64,000 nt of DNA from an uncultured Clostridia bacterium (lineage in GTDB: Bacteria > Bacillota > Clostridia > Saccharofermentanales > Saccharofermentanaceae). The notes beneath the pieces are model-generated. The model was given only the letters and a program-made list of their open reading frames with translations, was not told the DNA's origin and did no database searches. The position numbers and the translations under genes are program-made. Location of the stretch: NCBI GenBank assembly GCA_947167045.1, contig CAMVGO010000003.1:30065-94064 (forward strand). The letters are read 5' to 3'. Below, piece after piece: positions 40,725 through 50,332 of this stretch (positions within the stretch are counted from its first letter, which is position 1; each line of letters starts with the position of its first letter).

Positions 40725-41022
40725 ACCGCATATTACTGCGGCTGTTCAGTATGTTTATCCGCTCCCTGTGCGGTGCGAAAAAGGAACAGATTTCATCCAT
40801 TTTTCGCTTTTAGGGCCGGAGACGGAATTTTTCCTCCACTCTGCACCCCCGCTAAATTACGGGCTTTGTAACATTTGGTCAGGCTTGCAAAACCACGGTT
40901 TATGCTGTATCATTCCCGCAATAACAATTGCCGAAAATGCCCGCCGTTGACGGATTTCTGGCCAATGTAAAGGGCATAAGAAAAAATATTTAACAAATTT
41001 CACCAAAATTACAAATATCCTC

Positions 41023-41106
41023 TTGCATTAAAAGAAAGTTACGAATAGAATACAGTTGTGTGGTGAAAAGGGGAGGAAACTCTCACAAAAGTGGAGCAAA
41101 ATGGTC
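41023..41106 (+). promoter_or_regulatory. dcw promoter with MraZ-binding repeats
   Basis: TTGCAT-17 nt-TAGAAT (41023-41051); GTGGTG 41060, GGGGAG 41070, GTGGAG 41091, ATGGTC 41101. Confidence 0.7.
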
Positions 41107-41161
41107 TGATTGACCTATTGTAGCTTAAAACCCCGCAAAATCAAGCTAACTGAGACTCAAA

Positions 41162-41602
41162 ATGGCAAGAGACGTAAAGAAAATAGACGCTAAGGGAAGA
41201 TTTTTCATTCCCGCAAAGCTCAAAGATAAGCTTGGAAGTGTTGTTGTAGTTACCAACAGCATTGACAGCGGCTATCTCTGCGTCTACTCCCAGGAGCACT
41301 ATGAAAAGGAGATCTTGCCGTCGTTCATGAACCCCGACAGGAACACCGCTGTCCCGGGATTCAACAAAGTTATGAGAACGATCATCGGTGAAGCCAGAGA
41401 GATCAATGTTGATGCACAGGGCAGAGTTTCGGTTAACAGCGAACTTTGGGAAAACATCGGGGCAAAACCCGGAGATGAGATATGTGTTTTCGATATCGGT
41501 TACAAGCTCGATATCTGCACGAAGGTATTCTATGACCACGAGGATCACGACTTGAGCAATATAGTAGGACTGGAGACGATGTGCTATGTTAAAGGTCTCT
41601 GA
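41162..41602 (+). CDS. mraZ: Division/cell-wall cluster transcriptional regulator MraZ
   Basis: IDAKGRFFIP and VDAQGRV AbrB-like repeats; first gene before rsmH. Confidence 0.88.
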   Translation: MARDVKKIDAKGRFFIPAKLKDKLGSVVVVTNSIDSGYLCVYSQEHYEKEILPSFMNPDRNTAVPGFNKVMRTIIGEAREINVDAQGRVSVNSELWENIGAKPGDEICVFDIGYKLDICTKVFYDHEDHDLSNIVGLETMCYVKGL

Positions 41603-42554
41603 TTTTGATCACATTCCCGTACTTCTTTATCCGACGGTCGACGCACTTAACGTCAGACCCGGCGGCATCTATGTCGACTGCACTGCAGGCGGTGGAAGCC
41701 ACAGCGCCGAGATCGCGAGAAGGATGAGAGGTCAGGGCATCCTTGTCTCGATAGACAAGGACGATGCGGCTCTTGCGGCATGCATGGAAAGAAGAGAAGC
41801 GTTTGAGGGTATTAACTGGATGCCCGTAAAGTCCGATTACAGGGATATCGATGACATCATCAGAAGCCTTAAGATCGGCAAGGTCGACGGCATCATGGCT
41901 GACCTCGGCGTTTCCTCATATCAGCTTGATACGGCTGAAAGAGGCTTCTCATACATGAAGAACGGTCCTTTGGACATGAGAATGGACCCTAATGAATGGC
42001 TTACGGCTGCTGAAGTCGTAAACAAGTATTCGAGAGATGATCTCGAGAGGATCTTCAGAGAGTACGGCGAGGAGCGCCACGCAGGCAGGATTGCCGACGG
42101 TATCTGCGAGAGACGCAGAACGAAGCCGTTCTCAAGGACAACGGAACTTGCGGCAGCTATAAAGGAATATATGCCTGGTCACGGCAGCGGTGAGGATCAG
42201 CATCCGGCCAAGAGATGCTTCCAGGCGATAAGAATAGAAGTAAACCATGAACTGAGCGGACTTGAATCTCTGCTCCAGGACGGAATAAGAAAACTTAAAC
42301 CCGGCGGAAGGTTCGCCGTGATCTCGTTCCACTCGCTTGAGGACAGGATCGTAAAGGAAGCATTCAGGAGCGCTGAGAGTCCCTGCACCTGTCCCCGTGA
42401 TTTCCCCGTATGCGTTTGCGGCAAGAAGTCATTGGGAACGGTAATTACAAAAAAACCCATCGAGCCAACGGAAGAGGAGATTGAGATAAATCCCAGATCG
42501 AGAAGTTCGAAACTAAGGGTATTTGAGAGGAACGATAACGAACAGTACAACTAA
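41586..42554 (+). CDS. rsmH: 16S rRNA m4C1402 methyltransferase
   Basis: HIPVLL, DCTAGGGSHS, DLGVSSYQLD..RGFS, FQAIRIEVN, ISFHSLEDRIVK, NPRSRS. Confidence 0.96.
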   Translation: MLKVSDFDHIPVLLYPTVDALNVRPGGIYVDCTAGGGSHSAEIARRMRGQGILVSIDKDDAALAACMERREAFEGINWMPVKSDYRDIDDIIRSLKIGKVDGIMADLGVSSYQLDTAERGFSYMKNGPLDMRMDPNEWLTAAEVVNKYSRDDLERIFREYGEERHAGRIADGICERRRTKPFSRTTELAAAIKEYMPGHGSGEDQHPAKRCFQAIRIEVNHELSGLESLLQDGIRKLKPGGRFAVISFHSLEDRIVKEAFRSAESPCTCPRDFPVCVCGKKSLGTVITKKPIEPTEEEIEINPRSRSSKLRVFERNDNEQYN

Positions 42555-42583
42555 CATTCAGGTCAGAGGTTGAGAATATAAAG

Positions 42584-43378
42584 ATGGCAGTCAGAAATCC
42601 GGAAAGAAAAGCTAAAAGCTTTGAAGTGGGCGTTGAAGATGAGATGCTCCTTGAGGTTCTGTCTGCAAAAAAGACGGATATAACCCTTAAGCACAACGGT
42701 AACGGTTCCGAAGGAAGCGATAATGCCGAAGGCAATGGCATGTCCGGCATTAACAACCATTCCGGAGAAAACGGCAGTTCCGGCGGAAGCGGAAACTTTG
42801 GCGGCAACGGCAACTCCGGCGGAAACGGCAATATCGGCGGCAACGGAAATTCCGGCGCGTCTCATGAAGGCGGAAACGGAGACGTTATATCTTATGAGGA
42901 TGTCCGTGCAAGAACGGTAAGTTATGCACGTGATCACGAAGATGCCAAGACCAGACGCGAGAACAAGAAAAAGTCCAGAAGACTTACGGGCAGAAGACTT
43001 TTCGAGACCATCCTTTCGATCGGCCTCGTAATCCTCATCGGATTCTTTGTAATGCTGCTCCTCTATCCGCAGACCGAACTTTCCGAGCTCGCAAGAGACA
43101 ATTCCAATCTCAAGGATCAGATCAATACAGCAAAAAGAGAGATTGTAAATGCAGAAGAGAATGCGAACGGTATCGCGGACATGGACGTAATCCGTGCCCA
43201 GGCGCTGGCTCTCGGAATGCAGGATCCTAACCAGAATCAGGTTATCAATCTTCCCATTCCTAATACGGATTCACTCCGTACGAGAATGACATACAACACC
43301 GATGGAATCAATGACGATGCTTTCAATGATTCCAAGGACGCTCTGGCTGATTACTATGCGGCTCATCCCGGTAAATAA
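42584..43378 (+). CDS. FtsL-like cell division protein with long Gly/Asn-rich cytoplasmic extension
   Basis: Position between rsmH and the PBP; basic patch, single TM, coiled coil, IRAQALALGM motif. Confidence 0.65.
   Translation: MAVRNPERKAKSFEVGVEDEMLLEVLSAKKTDITLKHNGNGSEGSDNAEGNGMSGINNHSGENGSSGGSGNFGGNGNSGGNGNIGGNGNSGASHEGGNGDVISYEDVRARTVSYARDHEDAKTRRENKKKSRRLTGRRLFETILSIGLVILIGFFVMLLLYPQTELSELARDNSNLKDQINTAKREIVNAEENANGIADMDVIRAQALALGMQDPNQNQVINLPIPNTDSLRTRMTYNTDGINDDAFNDSKDALADYYAAHPGK
42782..42853 (+). repeat. Four 18-nt in-frame repeats (GGSGNF GGNGNS GGNGNI GGNGNS)
   Basis: Units at 42782, 42800, 42818, 42836. Confidence 0.85.
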
Positions 43379-45806
43379 CGAAAAAGAGCCCGTAACGGGC
43401 TCACAGGAAGTCACGGAAGAAGCGCTCAAGCCGAAGAAGCAAAGACGCCGCTTCAGGCATGATTTCTTTCCTAAGTTCTGGATCTCGGTTGTAACTGCAG
43501 CGGTCGTCGGCTACTCGGGATATCTTGTCTACTCTCTCTATCAGACAACTGTCGTAGATTACGATAAATATGCAAGAGCTGCCGCTGATGAGCAGTGGAC
43601 ACTCATGACATACAGTGCGGACAGGGGAATGATATACGATTCCAACGGAGCTCCGCTCGCTTCAAATACTTACGACTTTACAGTAATCTGCTCTCCGAAG
43701 CTTGTCACTGCACCTGATATGGACAGGGTCCAGATAATACAGGCGGTCGTATCTTATCTCGGTGTCGATTATGCAAAACTCGATTCGATAATCCCTGAAG
43801 ATCCTGAGGATAAGACCGACAAGAGAAATAATGTCGAAGGATGCGACATTATCAAGAATGTCCCCGCCGAGAAGAAAGCCGAGTTCGAGAAGTACCTGAA
43901 AGATAACAAGATCAAGGGCTTCGGCTTCGTGGCAGTTCCCCAGAGATACTACAATTACGGAAACCTTGCTTCACAGGTCATCGGATACGCAAAGAACGAC
44001 GGTGAGAGCCTTAAGGGCATCTACGGACTTGAAGCTTATTATAACGAAGTGCTCTCAGGTGAAGACGGCTACAGATACTCGGAAACGGACGAGATCACGG
44101 GAGGTGTTCTTCCGTATTCCGACGCAACGACGATCCCTGTATCGGATGGCAATAACATAGTCACCAACATCGATATCAGTATCCAGAGAATAGCCGAGCA
44201 GGCCGCTAAGGAAGCGTATGAGAAATACGATCCCATCGACGGTGTCTGCGCCATCGTAATGAATCCTTATACGGGCGCCGTTTATGCGATGGTATCGCTT
44301 CCGAACTACGATCTTAACGATCCGTACGCAATGCCTTACGGTACGAGCGAAGAAGACTGGAACCTGATGAGTTCTGAGGATCAGGTCCAATACGTCATGG
44401 CTAACGCATGGCGCAACAGATGCGTATCCGATACATACGAGCCCGGTTCAACATTCAAGTCGCTTACGACATGCATGGCTTTTGAAGAGAACCTCGCAAG
44501 GGAAGACGAACTTTTCAGCGATGAGCCTATCGCCATCTCGTCAAAGCATACGATCTCCTGCTGGGCGCAAAAGAAAGGATACAATCACGGCACGGAGACT
44601 CTGGAGAAGGCATTCCAGAATTCCTGCAACCCGGTATTTACACAGCTTGCTTACAGGATCGGTCTTAACAAGTATTATTCATATGTGCGCATGCTCGGTT
44701 TCTATGACCACACGGGGGTAGACCTCCCGGCAGAAGGAAAAGGCATCTTCCACAGCGAACCGACCACGGTCGATATGGCCGTTCTCGCATACGGAGAGTC
44801 ATCGACGGTCACACCTATCCAGCTCATTACTTCATACTGCGCGATCATCAACGGCGGAGACCTGCTCGTTCCACACATCGTAAAATACATTACCGATCCG
44901 GACGGCAACATCATTGATGAGATCGAACCTGAGGTCGTCCGCACAGTGTTTTCTGAAGATACATGCAAACGCGTAAGGACTCTGATGGAAGGCGTTGTAT
45001 CCGACGGTACAGGTTCTGCCGGTAAAGTTGCAGGTTATGCTGTGGCCGGTAAGACATCGACATCAACGATTGACGTCGGCAAACTCAAGGGCGCACACGT
45101 TCTCTCGTTCTCCTGTTATGCTCCCGCATACGATCCGAAGATCGCTGTCCTCGTCGTCATCAACAAGCCGAGAGACTATTCTGTCGGATCTTCATCTGCC
45201 GCTTCCACGGCTGCAAAGATCGTTGAAGGCACACTGTCTTATATGGGCGTTGAGAGAAGATTCAACAAAGACGAATACGACCAGCTCCTCGAAAGAAAAT
45301 GGGTACAGGAAGTAGAGGGAAAGACCGCTGCACAGGCTTCTTCCGCGATCACGTACTACGGTCTTTCAACTCTCTACGGAACGCTGGACATGACACCTGA
45401 TACGGTCATTGCCACCACACATCCGGATTACAATTACAAACTTTACAAGGGCGGTGTCGTCGTGCTCTATCCGTACGGAGTCACAAAGGAACAGTGGCTT
45501 ACCACGAGGGTTCCGAACATGACGGGCATGACTGCCGTAGAGTGCCTGGAAGCCTGCACCAAGCTCAACCTCAACTGCTACATCGATATGGATAAGAGCG
45601 ACATCACCGGCGTCTGCGTCTCGCAGAATATCGTTGCAGGATCACAGGTCTATGCAGGTGACATCATTACCGTCACGCTTTCGAGAGATACCAGTGAGAT
45701 AAATCAGGCTCAGGAAACAACCTCAGTCAACGTCGGCAGTTCATCCGATGAGGACGGAAGGACGGATGCGCTTCCTGCCGACAACCGTCACGATGAGGAT
45801 GATTAG
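43356..45806 (+). CDS. Class B penicillin-binding protein (FtsI/SpoVD-like) with PASTA region; start uncertain
   Basis: RGMIYD, RYY..G.LASQVIG, GLEAYY, EPGSTFK (SxxK), SCN (SxN), KTS in place of KTG, VPNMTG. Confidence 0.9.
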   Translation: MRLIPVNNEKEPVTGSQEVTEEALKPKKQRRRFRHDFFPKFWISVVTAAVVGYSGYLVYSLYQTTVVDYDKYARAAADEQWTLMTYSADRGMIYDSNGAPLASNTYDFTVICSPKLVTAPDMDRVQIIQAVVSYLGVDYAKLDSIIPEDPEDKTDKRNNVEGCDIIKNVPAEKKAEFEKYLKDNKIKGFGFVAVPQRYYNYGNLASQVIGYAKNDGESLKGIYGLEAYYNEVLSGEDGYRYSETDEITGGVLPYSDATTIPVSDGNNIVTNIDISIQRIAEQAAKEAYEKYDPIDGVCAIVMNPYTGAVYAMVSLPNYDLNDPYAMPYGTSEEDWNLMSSEDQVQYVMANAWRNRCVSDTYEPGSTFKSLTTCMAFEENLAREDELFSDEPIAISSKHTISCWAQKKGYNHGTETLEKAFQNSCNPVFTQLAYRIGLNKYYSYVRMLGFYDHTGVDLPAEGKGIFHSEPTTVDMAVLAYGESSTVTPIQLITSYCAIINGGDLLVPHIVKYITDPDGNIIDEIEPEVVRTVFSEDTCKRVRTLMEGVVSDGTGSAGKVAGYAVAGKTSTSTIDVGKLKGAHVLSFSCYAPAYDPKIAVLVVINKPRDYSVGSSSAASTAAKIVEGTLSYMGVERRFNKDEYDQLLERKWVQEVEGKTAAQASSAITYYGLSTLYGTLDMTPDTVIATTHPDYNYKLYKGGVVVLYPYGVTKEQWLTTRVPNMTGMTAVECLEACTKLNLNCYIDMDKSDITGVCVSQNIVAGSQVYAGDIITVTLSRDTSEINQAQETTSVNVGSSSDEDGRTDALPADNRHDEDD

Positions 45807-45937
45807 TGGTCTGACGCACAAACATAGCATGAGCTGTCAGGTTAATTTCATCCTTTTTGCCACAACAGAAACCTTAACTTTTTGATTTAATATAGGAACG
45901 CCCGAAAACTAAGAGGGTACCAATACGGGAAAGGAAG

Positions 45938-47461
45938 ATGAAGATGCAGCTTCTGAACGTTCTTAAAGATATCGAATACAGACTGATAACAGGCGATCTC
46001 GAAAAAGAGACAGTCTCTGTTGAATACGATTCCCGCAAGGCGGTTCCGGGATCGATCTTCGTTTGCGTAAGCGGCTTTACAGTTGACGGCCACGCTTATG
46101 CGGAAAAGGCCGCAGAGAAGGGTGCATCTGCCATTATTGTTGACAGCGGAAGGGAAGGCTTTTCAGATGAGGAACTGATCCTTCTGGCTGAAAGATACGG
46201 CCTCACGGTCGTTGAGATCGAAGACACTCATAAGCATCTGTCGGACTTAAGCGCAAATTTCTACGGACATCCCGAAAAGATCCTGTCCGTCTACGGTATC
46301 ACAGGTACAAAAGGAAAGACCACTACCGCTTTTATGTTGAGGGAGATCCTTGAACGCAGCGGAAGAAACACCGGACTTATCGGAACGGTCTGCAACATCA
46401 TCGCGGGAGAAAAGATCCATTCCGAGCACACCACTCCCGAATCAAAAGATCTCTATGAGATGATGGGCGCGCTTGTAAATGCCGGCAGTTCAAGCCTTGT
46501 TATGGAAGTATCTTCACAGGGTCTTAAACTCGACCGTGTAAGAGGCATCAGATACCGTACCGCCGCATTTACCAATCTTTACGAAGACCACATCGGCACG
46601 AACGAACATCCCGACATGGAAGACTATATCTCATGCAAGCTCAGGATATTCGACAACTGCGATACAGGCATATTGAATCTTGACTGCAGCGTTGCTGACA
46701 GAGTCATGGAATACTGCAAAGGTAAAGTTGAACTTCTTACATACGCAATAGATAACGGTGCGGATTTTACCGCAAAGAACTTAAGGCCTGAACGCAGAGG
46801 CCATGTTACCGGCACGGTATTTGAGCTCGATTCCGTATACTACAAAGGAGATATCTTTGTTGCTCTCCCAGGTAAGTTCAATGTATATAACGCGCTCTGC
46901 GCGATCTGTACCGCATATAAGGAAGGCATCGGCATAGACGCTGTCAGGGAAGCTCTTGCAAACATCAGCGTTCCGGGCAGGATGCAGCCTGTCGAGAATG
47001 ATTTCGGCGTAAACATCCTGGTCGATTATGCCCATAATGCGGCAGCTCTGGAAAGCGTTTTGGATACGCTCAGGGAATATACCGAGGGCAGGATAATTAC
47101 CGTTTTCGGATGCGGCGGAAACCGTTCGGTAACAAGGCGTTTTGAGATGGGCGAAGTTTCCGGAAGACTTTCGGATCACACGATAATCACGTCTGACAAT
47201 CCGAGAAACGAGAAGCCTGAGGACATCATCGCTAACATCGTCACCGGCATATCCAAAACGGACGGTGAATATGAAGTCGAGCCTGACAGGACGAGCGCGA
47301 TCAAGCTCGCCGTGAACATGGCGCGTGCGGGAGATACCGTTCTCATCGCCGGCAAAGGCCATGAGGATTATCAGGAATTCGAGAACAAGAGAACTATACA
47401 TTTTGACGATTGCCAGCAGGCGAGAGAAGCTGTAGCGGAACGAGAGGGCAGGGAAGGATGA
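45938..47461 (+). CDS. murE: UDP-MurNAc-dipeptide--meso-DAP ligase
   Basis: GITGTKGKTTT, TTPES, MEVSSQGL, DYAHN, DNPR (DAP-type), AGKGHEDYQ. Confidence 0.95.
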   Translation: MKMQLLNVLKDIEYRLITGDLEKETVSVEYDSRKAVPGSIFVCVSGFTVDGHAYAEKAAEKGASAIIVDSGREGFSDEELILLAERYGLTVVEIEDTHKHLSDLSANFYGHPEKILSVYGITGTKGKTTTAFMLREILERSGRNTGLIGTVCNIIAGEKIHSEHTTPESKDLYEMMGALVNAGSSSLVMEVSSQGLKLDRVRGIRYRTAAFTNLYEDHIGTNEHPDMEDYISCKLRIFDNCDTGILNLDCSVADRVMEYCKGKVELLTYAIDNGADFTAKNLRPERRGHVTGTVFELDSVYYKGDIFVALPGKFNVYNALCAICTAYKEGIGIDAVREALANISVPGRMQPVENDFGVNILVDYAHNAAALESVLDTLREYTEGRIITVFGCGGNRSVTRRFEMGEVSGRLSDHTIITSDNPRNEKPEDIIANIVTGISKTDGEYEVEPDRTSAIKLAVNMARAGDTVLIAGKGHEDYQEFENKRTIHFDDCQQAREAVAEREGREG

Positions 47462-48909
47462 TGTTCACTCTCGAGGAAGCAAAGAAAGCCGTCGGCGGCA
47501 GATTCGTATCGAACACGGATTCGATAGTCTTTGCCACGGCAATCGAAGTCTGCGGTGTATCGACGGATACCAGGACCATAAGACCCGGTGAACTCTTTAT
47601 CGCGCTCCAGGGCGACAATTACGACGGCAACGGTTTCCTTGAAGAAGCCGTGCGGCTCGGGGCCTGCGCCGTAATGACTGACGATGCGAAAAAGATACCC
47701 GAAGGTGCGGTCGCCATTGTCGTTGAAGATACGGCACGCGCACTCTGTCTCCTTGCCAGCCACTACAGGTTCAAGCTCGGATGCAAGGTGATCGCCGTAA
47801 CGGGTTCCATCGGAAAGACATGGGCCAGGACCATGATCGCCGAAGTCCTTTCAACGGCACTCAAAGTTCATTCGAATACGGAAGACAGTAATGAGATAGG
47901 TATGTCGAAGACCATTCTTTCGGCGCCTGAAGACTGCGATGTCATCGTGGTCGAGATGGGTATGAAAGGCAAAGGCCTGATATCTTATCTTTCAGAGATA
48001 GCAAGACCCGACATCGCGATAATCACGAGTGTCGGTTATTCGCATATAGGCATCCTCGGAAGCAAGGATGCGATAATGAACGCCAGGATGGAGATATGCG
48101 ACGGTCTTACTGACGGAGGCATAATCGCCGTCAATGCAGACGACAGGATACTTTTCGACCACTGCGTCAAAGTGCTTCCGATCAACAACTTTATCGCCGG
48201 CATACAGACTGGAGAAGGAGATGATCTTCCTTGTCCGATAATCATCTCGGCAACTGATATAACAGAAGATGAGAACGGAACCTCCTTTAAGGCCGTTCTC
48301 AAAAGGATGGATAAGAGATCCGAATTCTCCGTTCCGCTCAGAGTCGGGATGTTCGGTGACAATGCAGTAAGAAATGCGCTGTTCGCGGTCTTCTGCGCAT
48401 ACATGACCGGTATAACCAAAGAACACGATAATCAGAAAAAAATAGCTGAAGCGATACTGAACAGGAGTGCGATCGACGGTAAGGGCGCGACTTTCGAGAC
48501 ATCCAGATATCTTGTCATGAACGATGCTTACAACGCTTCTCCGGAATCGATGGAGGATGCGTTCCTGAATTTCTCGAAAAAGGCCGCAGGACGCCGTAAG
48601 ATACTGGCTTTGGGCGGCATGCTCGAACTCGGCAAGTTCGCATCTGGTCTTCATGAACTCACCGGAAGGTCATGCGCCGGATATGACTTCGACAGAGTGT
48701 TCATCACAGGCGACAACACGGATGAATTCATAAGAGGAGCCCACATGGTCGATATGGAGCTCGAAATAGTAAAATGTAAAGATACCGAAGACGTGAGAAG
48801 ACGTCTTGATGAATATGTGAGAGACGGAGACGCGCTGCTCTTCAAAGCTTCGCACAGCTTCGGTTTTGAGACGGTGGCAAAGTATTTTATTGAGAAGGGA
48901 AATGCCTGA
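47458..48909 (+). CDS. murF: MurF-like ligase with several conserved residues altered
   Basis: STDTR, LFIALQG, TGSIGKT, VEMGM, NDAYNASPESM, MLELG, KAS; directly after murE. Confidence 0.82.
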   Translation: MMFTLEEAKKAVGGRFVSNTDSIVFATAIEVCGVSTDTRTIRPGELFIALQGDNYDGNGFLEEAVRLGACAVMTDDAKKIPEGAVAIVVEDTARALCLLASHYRFKLGCKVIAVTGSIGKTWARTMIAEVLSTALKVHSNTEDSNEIGMSKTILSAPEDCDVIVVEMGMKGKGLISYLSEIARPDIAIITSVGYSHIGILGSKDAIMNARMEICDGLTDGGIIAVNADDRILFDHCVKVLPINNFIAGIQTGEGDDLPCPIIISATDITEDENGTSFKAVLKRMDKRSEFSVPLRVGMFGDNAVRNALFAVFCAYMTGITKEHDNQKKIAEAILNRSAIDGKGATFETSRYLVMNDAYNASPESMEDAFLNFSKKAAGRRKILALGGMLELGKFASGLHELTGRSCAGYDFDRVFITGDNTDEFIRGAHMVDMELEIVKCKDTEDVRRRLDEYVRDGDALLFKASHSFGFETVAKYFIEKGNA

Positions 48910-48912
48910 CAG

Positions 48913-50328
48913 ATGGCTGATAAGAAGAGACATTCGATAATCCCGGACAAGAAGCCGGACGGAAGCATTAATTCGCCCGAGCCGGAAAAGGCTGTGGTAA
49001 CCGATATCAACAGCCTGATCGAACCGCCTTCGGAAAAGGAAGGCCTTACTCCGGCTAAGATCGAGAAGGCTGTAAAGACAGCGGACATTCCGATGATCCT
49101 TATGATCTTTGTCATGATCGTCTTTGGTCTGATCATCCTTTATTCTGTGTCAGGACCTGATGCATACGGACAGTTCCAGGATTCATCGTGGTTCCTCACA
49201 AGACAGCTCAGGTTCACCATAGGCGGTCTGGTCGTAATGTTTATCGTGGCATTCATCCCGATCGATTTCTTTAAGCAGAAATGGATAGCGATATCAGCTT
49301 ATGTGCTCAGTCTCGGTCTTGCGCTTGCGACCATCCTGTTCGGCGTAGGACGTGAGCACGGTGCGAGCCGCTGGATCAACATCGGACCCATCCAGCTCCA
49401 GAGCTCCGAGATCATCAAGGTAGCGCTGATCGTTGCTTTTGCGGGTTACCGTGCGATGATCGCGCAGCTTAAGAGCGAGGGCAGAGTCAAGCGCCCGAAG
49501 AGTAAAGCCGGAAGGATCCTCATTGATGCGATGGTCGAATTCATTATCCCGATAGTTCTTTGCATCCTTGTCGACCTTGTCATAGTTCTTCAGCCGCACG
49601 TTTCCTGTTTCATCATCGTTGCTGCGGTTGTGGCCATGTGTGCGATCGTATCCGAGATCCCGCTCAAAGACTGGATCGTGGGAGGAATAATAGTTGCCAT
49701 TGTCGGAGGCGCCGTCGGAGGAATTGCTTGGGCTTTAATGCCTCAGGCAAAGAAAGACAGATTCATGAAGAACTATGCGCACGTTTTCAAGCGTATCTCG
49801 ATCTACAATTCCGACGGTGAAACTGAAGATGAGGAGCTTACAAAAGATGATACCCGTCAGGTAGATAACGCACTTAACGCTCTCGGTTCTGGCGGAATGT
49901 GGGGTGTCGGTCTTGGCAATTCCAGAGCAAAATACAATTACGTTTCCGAGGCTCAGAACGACTACATTTTCTCTATCTACATTGAGGAGACCGGATTTGT
50001 CGGAGGAGTTGTTCTGGTGCTGATGTATCTGGTGATGTTCTTCATGTGTTTAAAGGTGTGCTGGCGCGCCAAAGACGTGTTCTCGCGGACTGTTGCGACG
50101 GGGTGTACCGCGCTGATATTTGTCGAAGTTCTGCTCAACATTTCGGTTGAGCTTCAGGTCATCCCGGCTACGGGCGTTACGCTGCCGTTTATCAGTTACG
50201 GCGGTACCGCGCAGGTATGTCTTCTGATCGCGTACGGTCTTATTCTCTCCGTATCCAGGAGCGGAACCGTCCGTCCCGAAAAGAAGAATCTTGCATCCTC
50301 CGTGAAAGAGATCAGAACGGAGGCCTGA
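48913..50328 (+). CDS. ftsW: SEDS-family protein FtsW
   Basis: GASRWI, QSSEIIK, GVGLGNS, EAQNDYIF, PATGVTLPFISYGG; upstream of murG. Confidence 0.88.
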   Translation: MADKKRHSIIPDKKPDGSINSPEPEKAVVTDINSLIEPPSEKEGLTPAKIEKAVKTADIPMILMIFVMIVFGLIILYSVSGPDAYGQFQDSSWFLTRQLRFTIGGLVVMFIVAFIPIDFFKQKWIAISAYVLSLGLALATILFGVGREHGASRWINIGPIQLQSSEIIKVALIVAFAGYRAMIAQLKSEGRVKRPKSKAGRILIDAMVEFIIPIVLCILVDLVIVLQPHVSCFIIVAAVVAMCAIVSEIPLKDWIVGGIIVAIVGGAVGGIAWALMPQAKKDRFMKNYAHVFKRISIYNSDGETEDEELTKDDTRQVDNALNALGSGGMWGVGLGNSRAKYNYVSEAQNDYIFSIYIEETGFVGGVVLVLMYLVMFFMCLKVCWRAKDVFSRTVATGCTALIFVEVLLNISVELQVIPATGVTLPFISYGGTAQVCLLIAYGLILSVSRSGTVRPEKKNLASSVKEIRTEA

Positions 50329-50332
50329 CCGG

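Noticed and set aside
40725-41000. Structured ncRNA in the long intergenic region before mraZ
   Set aside because: Only short hairpins, no recognisable RNA family; explained by termination and promoter elements.
45045-45065. KTS instead of KTG in the PBP as a sign of inactivation
   Set aside because: SxxK, SxN and the motif Lys-Thr are intact; a single change is weak evidence.
14289-48654. Long antisense ORFs (e.g. 14289-15032, 15572-16264, 29983-30699, 31421-32185, 47992-48654)
   Set aside because: They lie opposite well-supported genes, show no motifs, and are explained by codon bias and low-complexity sequence.
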